A stretch of 64,000 bases of DNA from Eledone cirrhosa (lineage: Eukaryota). Below the pieces are notes generated by a model that saw only the letters and a list, made by a program, of their open reading frames with translations, made no database searches and was not told the DNA's origin. The position numbers and the translations under genes are program-made. This document shows, piece after piece, positions 24,974-37,960 of the stretch (positions within the stretch are counted from its first letter, which is position 1; every line of letters begins with the position of its first letter). The DNA lies in assembly GCA_964016885.1 (NCBI GenBank), contig OZ024743.1:283402001-283466000 (forward strand), written 5' to 3'.

Positions 24974-25512
24974 TTGTTTCTTTCCAGGGACTATTTTGAA
25001 AAATAAACCTCATTTGGTCATTCCATGAGAGTATCTTGGTCAGCCTATGAAATTTTCAACTGACCCTCATAATAACAAAAGGTTTTTATATGAAATTATG
25101 TTGGAAGGTTTTAATTTATATAGAACCCCTTTTAAATTGGTTTTGTTTCATAGAATTAGATCTGGGTTTGTACAGGATCAAAAGAGTTAAGCATTTCATT
25201 TAGACAAGAAATAGAATATGAGAAAAACATAGCAATCTACTTTCTAATTTATTAGGTTTCTCTTTGTAACAATCTTTAACGTGTGCTAAGAATGTTGACA
25301 AGTGGGAATCTATATAAAGTCACTCAATCTGCTGGAAAAAGCAGCCAAGTATCTCTTAAATCACACCCTACTCTCTTATACTAATAAAATTATTTATACT
25401 TATATATGAGTTATATATAATCATAAATATGAAAGGGTAGTATTAAGCACTACCCAATTACCAGTAAGAGAAAAAGTTCAATGTAAATTATCAGATCTAT
25501 TACAGAGCAGAG

Positions 25513-25740
25513 ATACAAAATATAAAACAATCAAATTTTTGCTTAATACATTTAATTGCTGACGATTGTTTCTTCCAGACAACTGTCTGGAATCAGTATC
25601 TTAATGAATGTTCTGAGGGCTAGGATTATAATTGTTTAAACATTGTGTATGCTCCGATGATTCCAGACAGTTGTCTGGAAGAAACGATCGTCAGCAATTA
25701 AATGTATAAAGCAAAAATTTGATTGCTTTATATTTTGTAT
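25513..25740. repeat. Inverted repeat (83-bp arms, 62-bp spacer); probable Penelope-like element end
   Basis: 25513-25595 versus 25658-25740, about 3 mismatches. Contains a hammerhead fold. Confidence 0.85.
25650..25696 (+). ncRNA. Type I hammerhead-like motif (U4C variant, possibly inactive)
   Basis: Stem I TGCT/AGCA; CCGATGA; stem II TTCCAGAC/GTCTGGAA; GAAA; palindromic ACGATCGT; GTC triplet. Confidence 0.65.
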
Positions 25741-26429
25741 TTTGTATATATATATATTTACAAATTTAATATTTGGTGAAACATACAGAAAAAGAAAGCA
25801 GTATTGGAAAGGACTATAAATGCCATAAATGGGAGGAAAAGGAGGGGAAGAGCAAGGACTATTAGGCAACAGAAAAAAGAAAAGAGGAAGAGGAGATGAC
25901 AAACTCTATACCTAGGTCAGAGTAGTGTTTCGGTTGCACCCTGTGGACAAAATGGCAAAGACATTTCTGTGAACAATGGCCAGCAATACCTACAACAGCC
26001 ACCCCACCTCACAGGACTCCTTCCTCAGGCTGGCTGCTGTTGTTCTGATTTTACAGAGATCAGTTCCAAATCATACAAAGATTTGACCATCATTTTAAAT
26101 TTCTGACTGATGAATAGCTTTATTTCTAACCCATTCATAGATACTTTCATTTTTCTCTTCACATTTCATCAGTATCAAAATAGAGTTGATATAAATAAGA
26201 TTTTAATGAAGACTTAAAACATGCTAACCACATATACATACATACAACATACATACAACATACATACATACAACATACATACATACATACATACATACAT
26301 ACATACATACATACATACATACATACATACATTATATGTGTGTGCATGTGTATACAGTGACATCATTAAATTTATTGTGAAAAGATGATTAAATGTTAAC
26401 TATATCCGTTTATATGATATGAATCGTAC

Positions 26430-26499
26430 GATTAAATAAATGGATATAATTTGTTAATATGTGCCCACATATTAACAAATTATATCCATTTATTTAATC
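26430..26499. repeat. Perfect hairpin, 34-bp arms, 2-nt spacer
   Basis: gattaaataaatggatataatttgttaatatgtg-cc-cacatattaacaaattatatccatttatttaatc. Confidence 0.9.
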
Positions 26500-27039
26500 A
26501 CTTACAATCTATACTGTAAGAGAAAAAGAAAGTTTTACTATTTTAAATGCTATTTTAAAAAATAAAATTTTTAAATTAGCCTAATTGCAATTATCAACAG
26601 TGTCAATAACGCCACAAAAATTAATGCCACTTAATTAATAAACATTGAAAGTATATAATTTTTTTGCAACAAAATAAAATGAATCCTTTAAGGAATAAGA
26701 AAAATGATTTCCACTTTAGGTACAAGGCCAGTAATTTGAAAGGAGGAGAAAGTCGATTATATCGACCCAGGCTTTGACTGGTACTTTATTTTACCAATCT
26801 CAAAAGAATGAAAGGCAAACTTGACTTCAGTTGGATTTGAATTCAGAATATATGCTATTCAATGTTCTAATAACTCTGCCAAAACAAAAATAAAATCACA
26901 TAATACTTATGTTTGGTTGGATATCCAAATTTTCTCAAAATTGAATCACATTTTTGAAGAATTTGGATCTATAAAGCTGATGGTCACATTATAGGCAATT
27001 TCTTTCTCTTTTCTTTTTCTATTCTTTTTTTCTGCAATA

Positions 27040-27930
27040 TTATCACACTGTTTACTTAACTTGTTGGGTTTCCTTTGTTGAATAATCATGCTGACCAGTA
27101 TCCATAAGTTTTCTATCAGATTTAAATTTGGGGATTGTGTTTAGTCTTGGATTTTCTTCTTTTTGATGAATTCTTTGATTATTCCTGGGGTATGCTTTGA
27201 GTTATTGTCATGCTGAAAAAATCTATGACTGGCCTAAATGACTCTTAGCTTATGAAAGCATAGGCTTCTAAAAAATCTCCAGATATTCTGTACTGTTCAT
27301 AGAGTCTTTGATCTTGTGTATAAGACCAACCTTTTCTCCAGAGATGTAGCCTCAAACCATAACATTGTCCTTATGATACTTAATTATCAGATACGTGCAC
27401 CCTGGATGAGAATTCCTTTTCTGAATGATGTTAGACATACAGCTGTCAGAGCAGAACAAATTAAATTTTGATTCGTGTATCCACAAGATTTTTTTTATTA
27501 GTCTATCATTGCTCAATTTTTATGCTCTTGAATGGAATAAATGTAGTCATGTTGATTAATCTGATAATTGTATGTTTTGGCTTGTTTTAATACACAACAA
27601 ATCCCACAAGACCAAACTACGTTTGTTGATATTTTTATGGCAATGACACCAATTTACATATGGTATTTCTATCAAAAGTTGTTGAAAATGTCAACAGCAG
27701 TCATTCTCCTCCTGTCCTTTATTCACAAATGGTTTAAGTATCCATCCATACTTTCAGTTGTTTTTCAATGCTGCTCTGACCAAGGACTCTCAGAATAGCC
27801 ACCAATTTCATTGAAGATTCCTGCAGCATGATGAACAACAGTTACTGAGCTTCCAATTTCAGCAGCTATAGCTTATACTGTTGGACATTTGTAAATCCCA
27901 TTTCAAATGATAGCATTTTTCATCTACCAA
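27040..27930 (-). pseudogene. Tc1-family DDE transposase relic
   Basis: The minus strand reads ESKFNLFCSD, VMV*GYISG..VG.IHKI..SMNS.EY.EI, FQHDNNSKHT and QSPNLNLIENLW, with stops and frameshifts. Confidence 0.85.
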
Positions 27931-28124
27931 TCACAACAGAGCTTAGAATGATATAACCAAGTCGATATTGATAGTTTGCCATACTTAGGTGGAATATAAT
28001 ATCAAATAATAAAATTAAGATGCATAGAAATAACAGCGAAGTGTAATATCATAATATTCATTAAAATTAAAATACAATTATTTAAAGGTTATTAAATTAA
28101 ATGACATGTATTTTAATAATAATA

Positions 28125-28318
28125 ATAATTGTTTCTACTTTTGTCACAAGGCCAGCAATTATCCTAGTGTATTACTGGTACTTTATTTTATCGACCTCGT
28201 AAGGATGAAAGGCAAAGTTAACCTCGGCAGGATTTGAATTCAGACCATAAAGGGCCGTAACTCTTTGCTGCAAAGCATGGTGTCCGACTCTCTACTGATA
28301 CTGCCAATCCACCGCCCC
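28125..28318 (-). mobile_element. SINE family A
   Basis: Full head-to-tail copy flanked by tattttaataataa direct repeats. Confidence 0.85.
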
Positions 28319-28332
28319 TATTTTAATAATAA

Positions 28333-28478
28333 CTAGCAGAATGGCCCGGCGTTGCTTGGGATTTGCTCTAGGGTTCTTATATATTTGATATATATTTATC
28401 CTTATCGAGCCTCATGAAATAAATACATTTGTTTATATTTTGTTATTGTGTATGCAAAAATATCTGTACACGAATATA

Positions 28479-28519
<41 letters not shown>

Positions 28520-28954
28520 CAGATTAAAGTTTAAGCAAAGAGTCGCTGCTTTCACCCTTAACGGGATCTTGTGAAACTAAAAAAATCAATCTGTGAACGC
28601 AGAAGTAAATATTTCGAAAAACGTTACACATTATATATATATACACACACTATATATACATATATACACACACACACACAGCGTCATAATGTTGTAATTC
28701 AGACAGCCAGACATACAGACAGATATTATAAGGGCGCGATGTTATATCTATGTATATATCTAAAAAGAAAGACTAAGAATTATAGAGAGATCGCTAAATC
28801 GTCTAATGCTGTCCGTAGGGCATTGAAAATTTGAAATTTATTTTGCTCAAAACACTATTATATTTGCTCAAAACAGTATTATATGTGTAAAGTTTGAAAA
28901 CAATCGGTTTTAGGGAGTCAGACAGACAGATATTCTCTGTTTTAGATATATAGA
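28333..28954 (-). mobile_element. Non-autonomous Helitron
   Basis: The minus strand starts TCTATATATCTAAAA and ends ccca-agcaacg-ccggg..CTAG (subterminal hairpin + CTAG). Inserted between A and T in a (TAA)n run, with no TSD. Confidence 0.75.
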
Positions 28955-29422
28955 TAATAATGAAATTATTATGTACAGTGCTCAGGTGCACTACAACTCA
29001 TCAAAGGCGCATGTATAGTACATAGAATAATATACAAATGTCAGAGAAGTGAATAGTGTATGAGTCATGATATACATGTATGTATGTGTATGGAGGGGGA
29101 ATATTAGGTGTAGTGTTGGCGAATCTCAGGAAGCATGGAGGTTTTAAAGGATGCAGTGTCTCGACAGTTAACAACTGATGCAGGGAGTTTGTTCCATGCT
29201 TCAGCAACTCTGAGCGTAAAAAAAATGTTTCCGAAAGTCATGGGAGCTATGCTGTTTTCTGACTTTGTTGGCATGCCCACGTGTTAGACACATGGAAATC
29301 AAAAAGGTACTCAGGGTTGTTGTTGGCAAGATGGTTAATAATTTGGTAGGTGTTTACCAAGTCAGTTGCCAGATGTCTGAACTTCAATGTATCCATGCTC
29401 AGGGTAGCAAGGCGCTCAGAGC
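28955..29422 (-). mobile_element. CR1 3' fragment, same family as 9985-14350
   Basis: Clearly alignable to 9990-10458. Confidence 0.9.
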
Positions 29423-29489
29423 TGATCAATTGTGAAATGTGTCACATGGGAATAACTATAATGATGCTATTTTGATACTCATTATTATT

Positions 29490-29703
29490 GGTGGATTGGC
29501 AGTATCGGTAGAGAATCGGACGCCATGCTTTCCAGCATAGTTACGTCCCTATTGGGGAATTTTTCATTGTTATTTTTTTGTTACATCCTCTGTTTTTGTT
29601 TTTTACATGCAGAAATGCCCATTTGTACCGTCCTGTATTGTCCTGCACTGTCCTTAATGTCTACTTTATGTAAACCCTTGTGGTTAATAAAGAAATCATT
29701 ATT
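29490..29703 (+). mobile_element. Chimera of a SINE-A head and a Tx1 3' UTR end
   Basis: 29490-29550 matches the SINE-A head. 29547-29700 is near-identical to 31086-31240. Confidence 0.8.
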
Positions 29704-31233
29704 AGGAGCAATGATCAACCAGGAAAAGTCAGTGGGCCTGCAGCTCGGCACCTGGAGAGGCAGGTCCATGCCGTCCAACAGCGTCGTCGGACGTTGGACG
29801 GACGGACCGGTTAAATTGCTAGGGGTCTGGTTCGGTCCGGACCTCCAGACGGACAAAAACTGGGACGAGGTGACGAGCAGGGTGGCTTCTCTCACCCAGA
29901 AATGGGCCGAGAGGAAGCTATCCCTGAAAGGTCGAGCGGAGGTGGCTAACGCGTACATCGCGTCCGTCATCTGCTACCGCCTGACCGTCGTACCTTGTCC
30001 TAAGCCTCACCTGACTGCGCTGGAGCGTTTGCTCTTTCGCTTTTTGTGGAAGGGACGCGCTCCGATGGTCAGGCGGTCCATCTGTTGTCAACACCTGCTA
30101 CGTGGAGGGCTGGGCATGCCGTGGGTGATGATGCGCAGGCACGCGCTCAGGCTACGACATCTCCACCTCTTCCTCGACGGTGATCAGGTGTGGTCGCCGT
30201 TTGCTAGACACGTGTTTCCCCAGCTCGTTTCCTTGACGGAGCTGCAGTCCTGGGTCAAGCGAAGACCGAGAGGGAGCGCCTGGAGACTGGAATGTCTTCA
30301 GGCGCTCACAGCCCTCGACCAATCGGGCAATGTGATCGGTGGAAACTCCACCTCGGCGTTCTATAGAGGATTAGTGGAGGGGAAGAGCGACGACGTACTT
30401 GGGGAAACTCTAGGCGTCGACGAAAATCAACTAGCCAATCTCTTCGGAAGAACTTTCGGGCCAGGACCTATGGACAACTTCCAGAAATCTCTGGCCTGGC
30501 AGTGCTACCGAGGAGCCTTGCCAGTTCGGGATAAACTCTACAGGCATGGAGGTGCCGTCAGCCGGGCATGTCCGAGATGCACGCAGGGCGACGAAACCGT
30601 CCTGCACGCACTCGTCCAGTGTCCGAAAATTGCTGACTTGTGGGTTTATGTTGAACACCTGCTGTCGCGTTTAGGACGGATCCGGCTATCATCTGAGTCC
30701 ATCGTGAGGATTGCCCCGCCCTCCTCCTTTAGCCGGGAAGGGCAGGCAGTTTTTATCTGTCTGGTGGCCATGGCGAAAGAGATAGTATGGTGGACACGTT
30801 TGAAAGGGCTGAAGACGAGCACTTACCTCTTCGGTGATGCTCTGATTGACTTTTTCAAATTTCATTTGAAAAGGAAAATCAGAGTAGAGAGGGAAGTGCT
30901 CTCTTCCCAGCATTTTGTTGAAAGATGGGTGAGAGAAGCAAGAATGGCCCGAGTGAATGGGCCTACTCTGAGTATATATCTGTAAATTAAAGGTGGAAAA
31001 CTGGGAGAGGGCACTTGCCTTGGTGGTCAGGGTCATTGTGGCTTTTTACTGGGCTTTCTCCACAAATGTCCCTCCGAAGTCTCCCCCCTATTGGGGAATT
31101 TTTCATTGTTATTTTTTGTTACATCCTCTGTTTTTGTTTTTTACACGCAGAAATGCCCATTTGTACCGTCCTGCATTGTCCTGCACTGTCCTTAATGTCT
31201 ACTTTATGTAAACCCTTGTGGTTAATAAAGAAA

Positions 31234-31280
<47 letters not shown>
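29704..31280 (+). mobile_element. 5'-truncated Tx1/L1-clade LINE (second family) with (TTA)n tail
   Basis: Open frame to the stop at 30985 encodes the post-RT region homologous to 53605-54900 (KLLGVWFG, LSLKGRA, GGLGMP, CPRC..ETVLHALVQC). 3' UTR has AATAAA. Confidence 0.88.
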
Positions 31281-31281
<1 letters not shown>

Positions 31282-31283
<2 letters not shown>

Positions 31284-31800
31284 TCTTGAAACTTCCTTTG
31301 AATTCTGCTTCTTTCCCAAATCATGCTGAGTGTCAACCTGACACCTGGGGCAAAATTTGATAAAACACACATTTTACAATCAGTTGTCATACAAATGATA
31401 CTACAAAGGCACAAACATCTGTAAATGTCTTTGCAAGGTTTTAAAATTGATAATGACTTTCTCAGGACATGGGCAGTGCCACTCAGCACTATTTTCTGTA
31501 TCTCTTGCAGAGATGACTTCCCAGATATCTGATCCAAATAGTTTTCAGTACCCTTTTTTTTTCATTTCAAGTGTTACCGACTACCGCTGGTATTGTACAG
31601 TCCTTAAGATGCCACATTTCCTCAATTTCAATTGATAGATCTTTATACTTACTGAGCTTTACAAACTCTTTCAAGGAGATGTTACAATTTGATGAAATGC
31701 TCATGTCAATTAAAAAATGTTTTCTCTTTATGGTCCCTCACAATTATATCAGGTCTGTTAGCCTTGCTTGTTCAGTCAGTGCTCACAGGGAAATGCTATA
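31282..31800 (-). mobile_element. R4/Dong-like RLE LINE 3' fragment in (TAA)n
   Basis: The minus strand encodes a PD-type endonuclease region and the end LQEIQKIVLSGTAHVLRKSLS. TAA repeats lie on both sides. Confidence 0.7.
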
Positions 31801-31842
31801 GGATTATTATTATTATTAATATTAGTATTATTATGATGATAA

Positions 31843-32035
31843 GGGTGGTGGTTTGGCAGTATCGGTAGAGCGTCAGACACCATACTTTACAGCATAGAGT
31901 TATGGCCTATGCATTTGAGTTCAAATCCCACCAAGGTTAACTCAGCCTTTCATCCTTATGGGGTCGATAAAATAAAGTACCAGTAATACACTGGGTATTT
32001 GCTGGCCTTGTGCCAAAAGTAGAAACAATTATTAT
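31843..32035 (+). mobile_element. SINE family A
   Basis: A/B boxes, central domain and tail are present. Confidence 0.85.
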
Positions 32036-33541
32036 GATAATGATTTTCTGCCCTACAGTTGAGTTCTTATGCTTTTGAAAGAAAATTCACCTATGCCTGT
32101 GTACTTGTACATACAGGTACACACACAAGTATAAGAAATCTTAGGGTGCTGAAGGGAAAAGAAGGTGATGACAAGCCTGTCCATTACCATCATCCTATGT
32201 CATGAGTATGGCCATAAGAAATACCACAAAACATCACTTATGGTATATAATGACAAACCATTTTGAATCTAATTGCATTGTATTACTGTTTTGTGCATGC
32301 ATGTCTGTATCAATGAGTTGTTAGCGACTGTTCTACACTGATTACAACCTGATAACAATGACTGCTCTGTCTGTGACAAGAGAGAGGAACATATATAATG
32401 ATGTCACCTTAACATTATGTTCTTCATTTCTTTACATAAGCATGCATCTGTGTGTTTGGATATATGTGTCTGTATGTGTATGTGTGTATGTATATGCATG
32501 TGTGTGTTGTGTTGTATATGTATGTATATTTCTATGTTTGTGCGTGTCTCTCTATGTGTATGTATGTCGATATGTGTTGCCTATGTGTAATGTATGTTTG
32601 TGTATATGTGTATGTTTATGTATGTGTGTCTGTATGTGTTTGTGTAGGTTATGTGTATCTGTATATTTACATACGTATGTTTGTGTTGTGTTGCATATGT
32701 GTAGTTGTGTTTGTGTATGCATATCTGTATATGTATGTGTGTCTGTAATTGTATGTGTGTATTGTGTTGTGTATGTATAACTGTATGTGTCTATGTATGC
32801 ATATGTATGTGTGAGTTGCATTGTGTATATGTATTTCTATACTTGTGTATATGTGTCTATGTGTGTATTGCATTGTTTTTGTGATCCCAGGTATTTTACA
32901 CTTCATTACCAACAATAAAAAAGATGTTTCAATAAATGAACCTCCTTAATAAAGAAATTTAAACAATTCTTCTCAGATCTCATATACAATAAGACAATCT
33001 GAAAGCTGAAAATAAAAAAAAAAAATAGGAAGATAGGTGCCATTAACACTCATTATATAATTAAAGTCACTTTCTATTTTAAGTTATTCACCTGCAATGT
33101 TGCTAGGTTTCTTCACAGTAACATATAAGAATGAATGGCTATCTTTTTGTTTAGTTAGTTGCTTGTTTATGCTTATTGTTTTCTTCTCTGGATTTAGTCT
33201 TCACTTATCTTTCTTCCTGTCAAATTAGACACATCTAATCTGATCCCATTATATCAACCCAAATCGATTAAAGCAGGGAATAGGTTCTTTATAAGTTCTC
33301 TATGTGGTTAGTATCTAGAGAAATAGAAAATGAGGAGAGATGTGACAATAGAACTGGTCTGCTGCTATGAATATAAACTGTGATTAATTAATCTTTTTGT
33401 AGAATAAAAAAAATATTGAAGTAAGTCTGTTTGTTTCTGAACCTAGCTTGTTCATGACTGTCATAATAGCTTTTTCATTGGTTTCCATGATGAGTATTTA
33501 ATAGTAAATGTCTGAATATTCCACAGCACATATACCCTTAA

Positions 33542-34087
33542 CCCTTTAGCATTTACATTACTCTATATTTACAAATTGATAGAATGGTTTGTAGTATTTA
33601 TTTCAGCTTTCTGCTCCCTGAGTTCAAATCCCGCCAAGGTTAACTTTGCCTTTCCCATTCATGGTCAATAAAAAAAGTACCAGTCAAGTACTGGGGTCGA
33701 TTCCTCCTCTATATCTCTTTATCACTTTCTTTCTCTGACTCCCTTTATCCTTCTCTGAAAGAATTCTGCTGTATTCAGACTTGGAGAGGAGATGGGCTGT
33801 GCCAGGCTTAAAAAATGCCCTAGAAACACTGTATGTCAGTATGTCACCCCTACGACTCCTAAGGAGTTACAAGTCCATACCATAGATACATATTTACTAT
33901 TGTATTTTTATGGTAAAAACTTTACCTCACATAATTATCTCACATAATATTGAATCTATGAGATTTTAATATTATTTATTTTGAGAACAATACCTTAACA
34001 TCAGTATGAGTGGCTGGTTACAGCCAGTTTGAGCAGAAAGAGGTGAAAGAATTCTGGTCGGATACAGCAGGTTTAAATGCTAAAGGG
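33542..34087. mobile_element. piggyBac-type MITE with a ~325-bp nested insertion that includes a SINE-A piece
   Basis: Same TIRs and TTAA duplication as 808-1014. The extra sequence is bracketed by atatttac repeats. Confidence 0.78.
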
Positions 34088-34834
34088 TTAACATAATTCT
34101 TAGGCAGAATTATCGTGACACAATATGTGACAAGGCTGGACCTTTGAATTACAGGTACAATCCATTTGGCAAGCTCCTATATAGTTTCTGTCTACAGTTT
34201 CACTTGCAAAGTTATGTCAACCCAAGGCTATGGTAAAAGGAATACAGATGGTAGAATTTATAGGTTTTCAGACATCCTCATTTGGTTCATTGCTGTGTCC
34301 TTAAATTCTCCTCAGCCAAACCAACCTAGCTGGAAGATGCTGTTGTTGTTGTTGTTGTTGTTGTCAATGTTGCTGCTTGTTGTGGTTGTTGTTGTCATCC
34401 GTGTTGCTGCTGCTGTGTTTGTTGTTGTTGCTACTGCTATAGTTGTTTAACTCTATGTCTGTTCTATATAAACTATATAATCAAAAGCGTTCTGGCTGTG
34501 ACCAACTCCACTTCTTTACTGTTTTTATCAAACATAACATATTTACAACTATATTATACAATGTCCTTCCTTTTTTTAAGGTAGTTGAGTGTATATACAC
34601 ACACACACACACTTATATATATGTATGTATTTCAGTTGTTTTTTTCCATTGTCTTTGTCATGTGCACCCCACCGCCACCTGTTCTGGATTTATATTCTAA
34701 AATCTTAGTCACACAGGCTTTTTTGAAACTATCATATAATAGACATCCCACTATCTGGTCTGTCTTCCTCTATTCTCACTTGTTATCTTTTCTACACCTC
34801 AGTGTCATTCTTCTTTGTCTGCACGTTGTTTGCT

Positions 34835-36510
34835 GATTGATCAGGTCATGAAAGCTGATTTACCAGGTCATGAAAAAGTTATAGCACAGCTGATTAGGAA
34901 CCAGTTAAATCTAGATGAGGTGCAATTTGGGTTTATGCCAGGCAAAAACACCACTGATGCTCCCTTCCTAGTGAGGCAGTTACAGAAAAAGTACCTAACT
35001 AAAAGTAAGCTGCTCTACCTGTGCTATAATCTGGTGGGCTCTTAGAAAACTAGTAGATGAATATTTTGTGAAGGCTGTACAAGCTGTGTATACAGGAGCA
35101 GTCAGCAAAGTTATGGTTAACAATGACTATAGCAAGGATTTTAGCATACAAGTTGGTGTCCACCAGGGCTCTGTTCTTAGTCCGCTTCTGTTTATTATCA
35201 TATTGCAGGCTATAATAGAGGAGTTTAAGACCGGATGCCCATGGGAACTTCTGTACATGGATGATCATACACTTACAGCTGAATCTATGGTGGAACTAGA
35301 GAAGAAATTCCAAACATGGAAGCAAGGCCTAGAAAGAAGGGTTCTCAAAGTCAACCTTACAAAAACTAAGGTCCTCGTAAGTAAAAGAGAAAACAGAACC
35401 CAGATCCCCTCAGGAAAATGGCCATGCTCAGTATGTAGGAAAGGTGTAGGTAGAAATTCCATCCTCTGCCCAAAATGCACACTATGGGTACACAAGAGAT
35501 GTAGTGGGATCTCAGGAAGTTTAGTTAAGAATGTAGGCTTTACATGTAGCAGTTGCACCGGGAGAATAAGCAGCAAATGACCACGGGAAACAAGCGCTAC
35601 CAAAATCTGGGAGGGCTCTGTAGAAACAGTAGACATCTTCTGATACCTAGATGACCGAATTAGCAGTGGAGGTGGATGTTCTGAAAGTACAGTAACCAGG
35701 GTAAGAACGGGATGAAAGAAGTTCAGAGAGCTACTACCACTGCTAGCTGAAAAAGGCTTTTCCCCCAAAATGAAAGGCTGACTGTATGATGCGTGCATAC
35801 AAACAGCAATGTTGCTTGGTAGTGATACCTGGGCATTGTGTGCAGAAGACTTGCATAAATTAGAAAGAAATGAAGATTGCATGCTCAGATGGATGTGTAA
35901 TAGTAATATATATGAACGGCAAAGCATAAACGAAAGAGAGAGTAGGCCTAAGAGGAATCAAATGCTGTGTGTAGGAGAGGAGGTTGCGTTGGTATGGACA
36001 TGTGATGCGTATGAAGGATGACAGCTGCATAAAAAGGTGCAGACCACGAAAAGTCAATGGCAGCCTTGTAGTAGGGAGACCAAAGAAGACCTGGGATGAG
36101 GTGATAAAAGCTGATCTTGCCCAATTGCATCTCTCAAAGGAGATGACACTGGACCGAGACCTCTGGCATTACACAGTAATACAGAAGACCCGACTTTCCA
36201 CTGGTACAAGCCGAAGCTGAAGCATATAGACAGTATGCCCCCACCCTCCTCCTACCGTAAAGTGGTCGTGTAGGTGTCACAACAAAAAAGTACCCAGCCC
36301 ACACTGTAAAGTGGTTGTGTAGGCGCCACTGTAAAAATCACCAAGTACTCACTGTAAATGAGGTTGGTGTTAAGAAGGGCATCCAGCTGTAGAAATCAAG
36401 CCAAAATCCGTTCTGTATGAGCAAGACATGGTCACCTGACCTAGCATTGCCCACAACAGGACAAGCCGTCAAACCATACTAGCATGGAAGAATGGACGTA
36501 AAACGGTGAT
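34835..36510 (+). mobile_element. Degenerate 5'-truncated RTE LINE
   Basis: Homologous to 23385-24973 (QFGFMPG, GVHQGSVLSP, YMDD), with several stops. Confidence 0.88.
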
Positions 36511-36749
36511 GCAAGAAGCAGACAGAAATAACAAAGTAAACAACACAGTACAATGAAGAAATACATTAGTTTTACACTTGATATAATAGGAAAAGAGTCG
36601 TAAAATTTTGGACGTTAGTTTCAGTTGGTCGAGTTTTAAAAGGTGGTGATAGAATGCATATATATATATTAAGATTGTACAAACACACATATTATGTGGA
36701 TACCTTTGTCTCGACAATTTCTTACACTTGCATTATTGTGCATCATCAT

Positions 36750-37112
36750 CATCATCATCATCATCATTTTACATCCGCTTTTTCCTGCTTGCAAGGGTGG
36801 GACGGAACTGTTTCTGGCTTGATTTCTACTCATTTACAGTGAGTGGTGGGTGCTTTTTTTTTTCCGTGGCGCATACACGTCCACTTTACAGTGTGGGCTG
36901 GGTGCTTTTTGCCGTGGCACCTCCACGACCACTTTGCAGTGGAATGATAGGGACCCCAGTCCTATCATCTCATTTCTACAGCTGAGTAAACTGGAGCAAT
37001 GTGAAATAAAGTGTTTTGCTCAAGGAAACAACACATCACCCAGTCCGAGAATTGAACTCACAACCTTTCGATTGCAAGGCCAATGCTCTAACCACTAAGC
37101 CATGTGCCTCCA
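36750..37112 (-). mobile_element. SINE family B (retains the duplicated AAAAGCACC unit seen in the RTE 3' UTR)
   Basis: Reverse complement of 7141-7475 with an extra repeat unit. Confidence 0.85.
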
Positions 37113-37585
37113 TTGTGCATATATATATATATATATATTTTCATCGCATTAAAAATCATATACCTCAGGTTGGTGCGAGCAATAACTAAAAAAAGTTATT
37201 GGGACCAGTAAATCGCGTAAAGCGAGGGGGACAAGTGAACAACATAGAAGGATAAAAGCAAACCAAAGAAAGGAAAAAAACAAGCAACATGGTAGTCCTG
37301 GTCAGCATAAGCTGGGTGGATTTCATGAGCGAAAGGTACAGACGTCCGATGTGAGTGAGATGTAAGCAAGAAGAGACCCACTGTAAGCCAAACGGGAGGA
37401 AGTGAGAAGGGGAGAAACAGAGAGTGAGTGAGTGGAAGTGCGAGGAAGCAGTCAGTAGAGAGAAAGTGTAACTGACAGAGGGGGCGAAAGAAGGTGAGAG
37501 AAACAGAGAGAACGGGGAAGCAGTAAGAGAGAAACAGACAAACGCAGCCGAGGTAAATATATATAAAAAACATGAGAAGAAAGAA

Positions 37586-37621
<36 letters not shown>

Positions 37622-37624
37622 CAT

Positions 37625-37960
37625 TTCATTTCATTTTACGTCTGCTTTTTCCCTGCTTGCAAGGGTGGGATGGGAACTGATTCTGGCTTGATTTCTACAG
37701 CTGGATGCCCTTCTTAACACCAACCTCATTTACAGTGAGTGCTGGGTGCTTTTTTGCCATGGCATTTCCACGACCATTTTGCAGTGGAATGATAGGGACC
37801 CCAGTCCCTATCATCTCATTTCTACAGCTGAGTAAACTGGAGCAATGTGAAATAAAGTGTCTTGCTCAAGGAAACAACACATCACCCGGTCTGAGAATTG
37901 AACTCACAACCTTTCAATTGCAAAGCCAATGCTCTAACCACTAAGCCATGTGCCTCCATT
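37625..37960 (-). mobile_element. SINE family B
   Basis: Full-length reverse-complement copy. Confidence 0.85.

Larger units (their letters stand above)
23288..25069. mobile_element. Mariner-type MITE split by an RTE insertion
   Basis: TA|tgagtgttggctgaaaagttcataggttgac ... gtcagcctatgaaattttcaactgaccctca|TA. Confidence 0.75.

Noticed and set aside
29525-30985. 486-aa ORF as a host gene
   Set aside because: It is a fusion of SINE, LINE 3' UTR and truncated Tx1 ORF2, and lacks the RT catalytic core.
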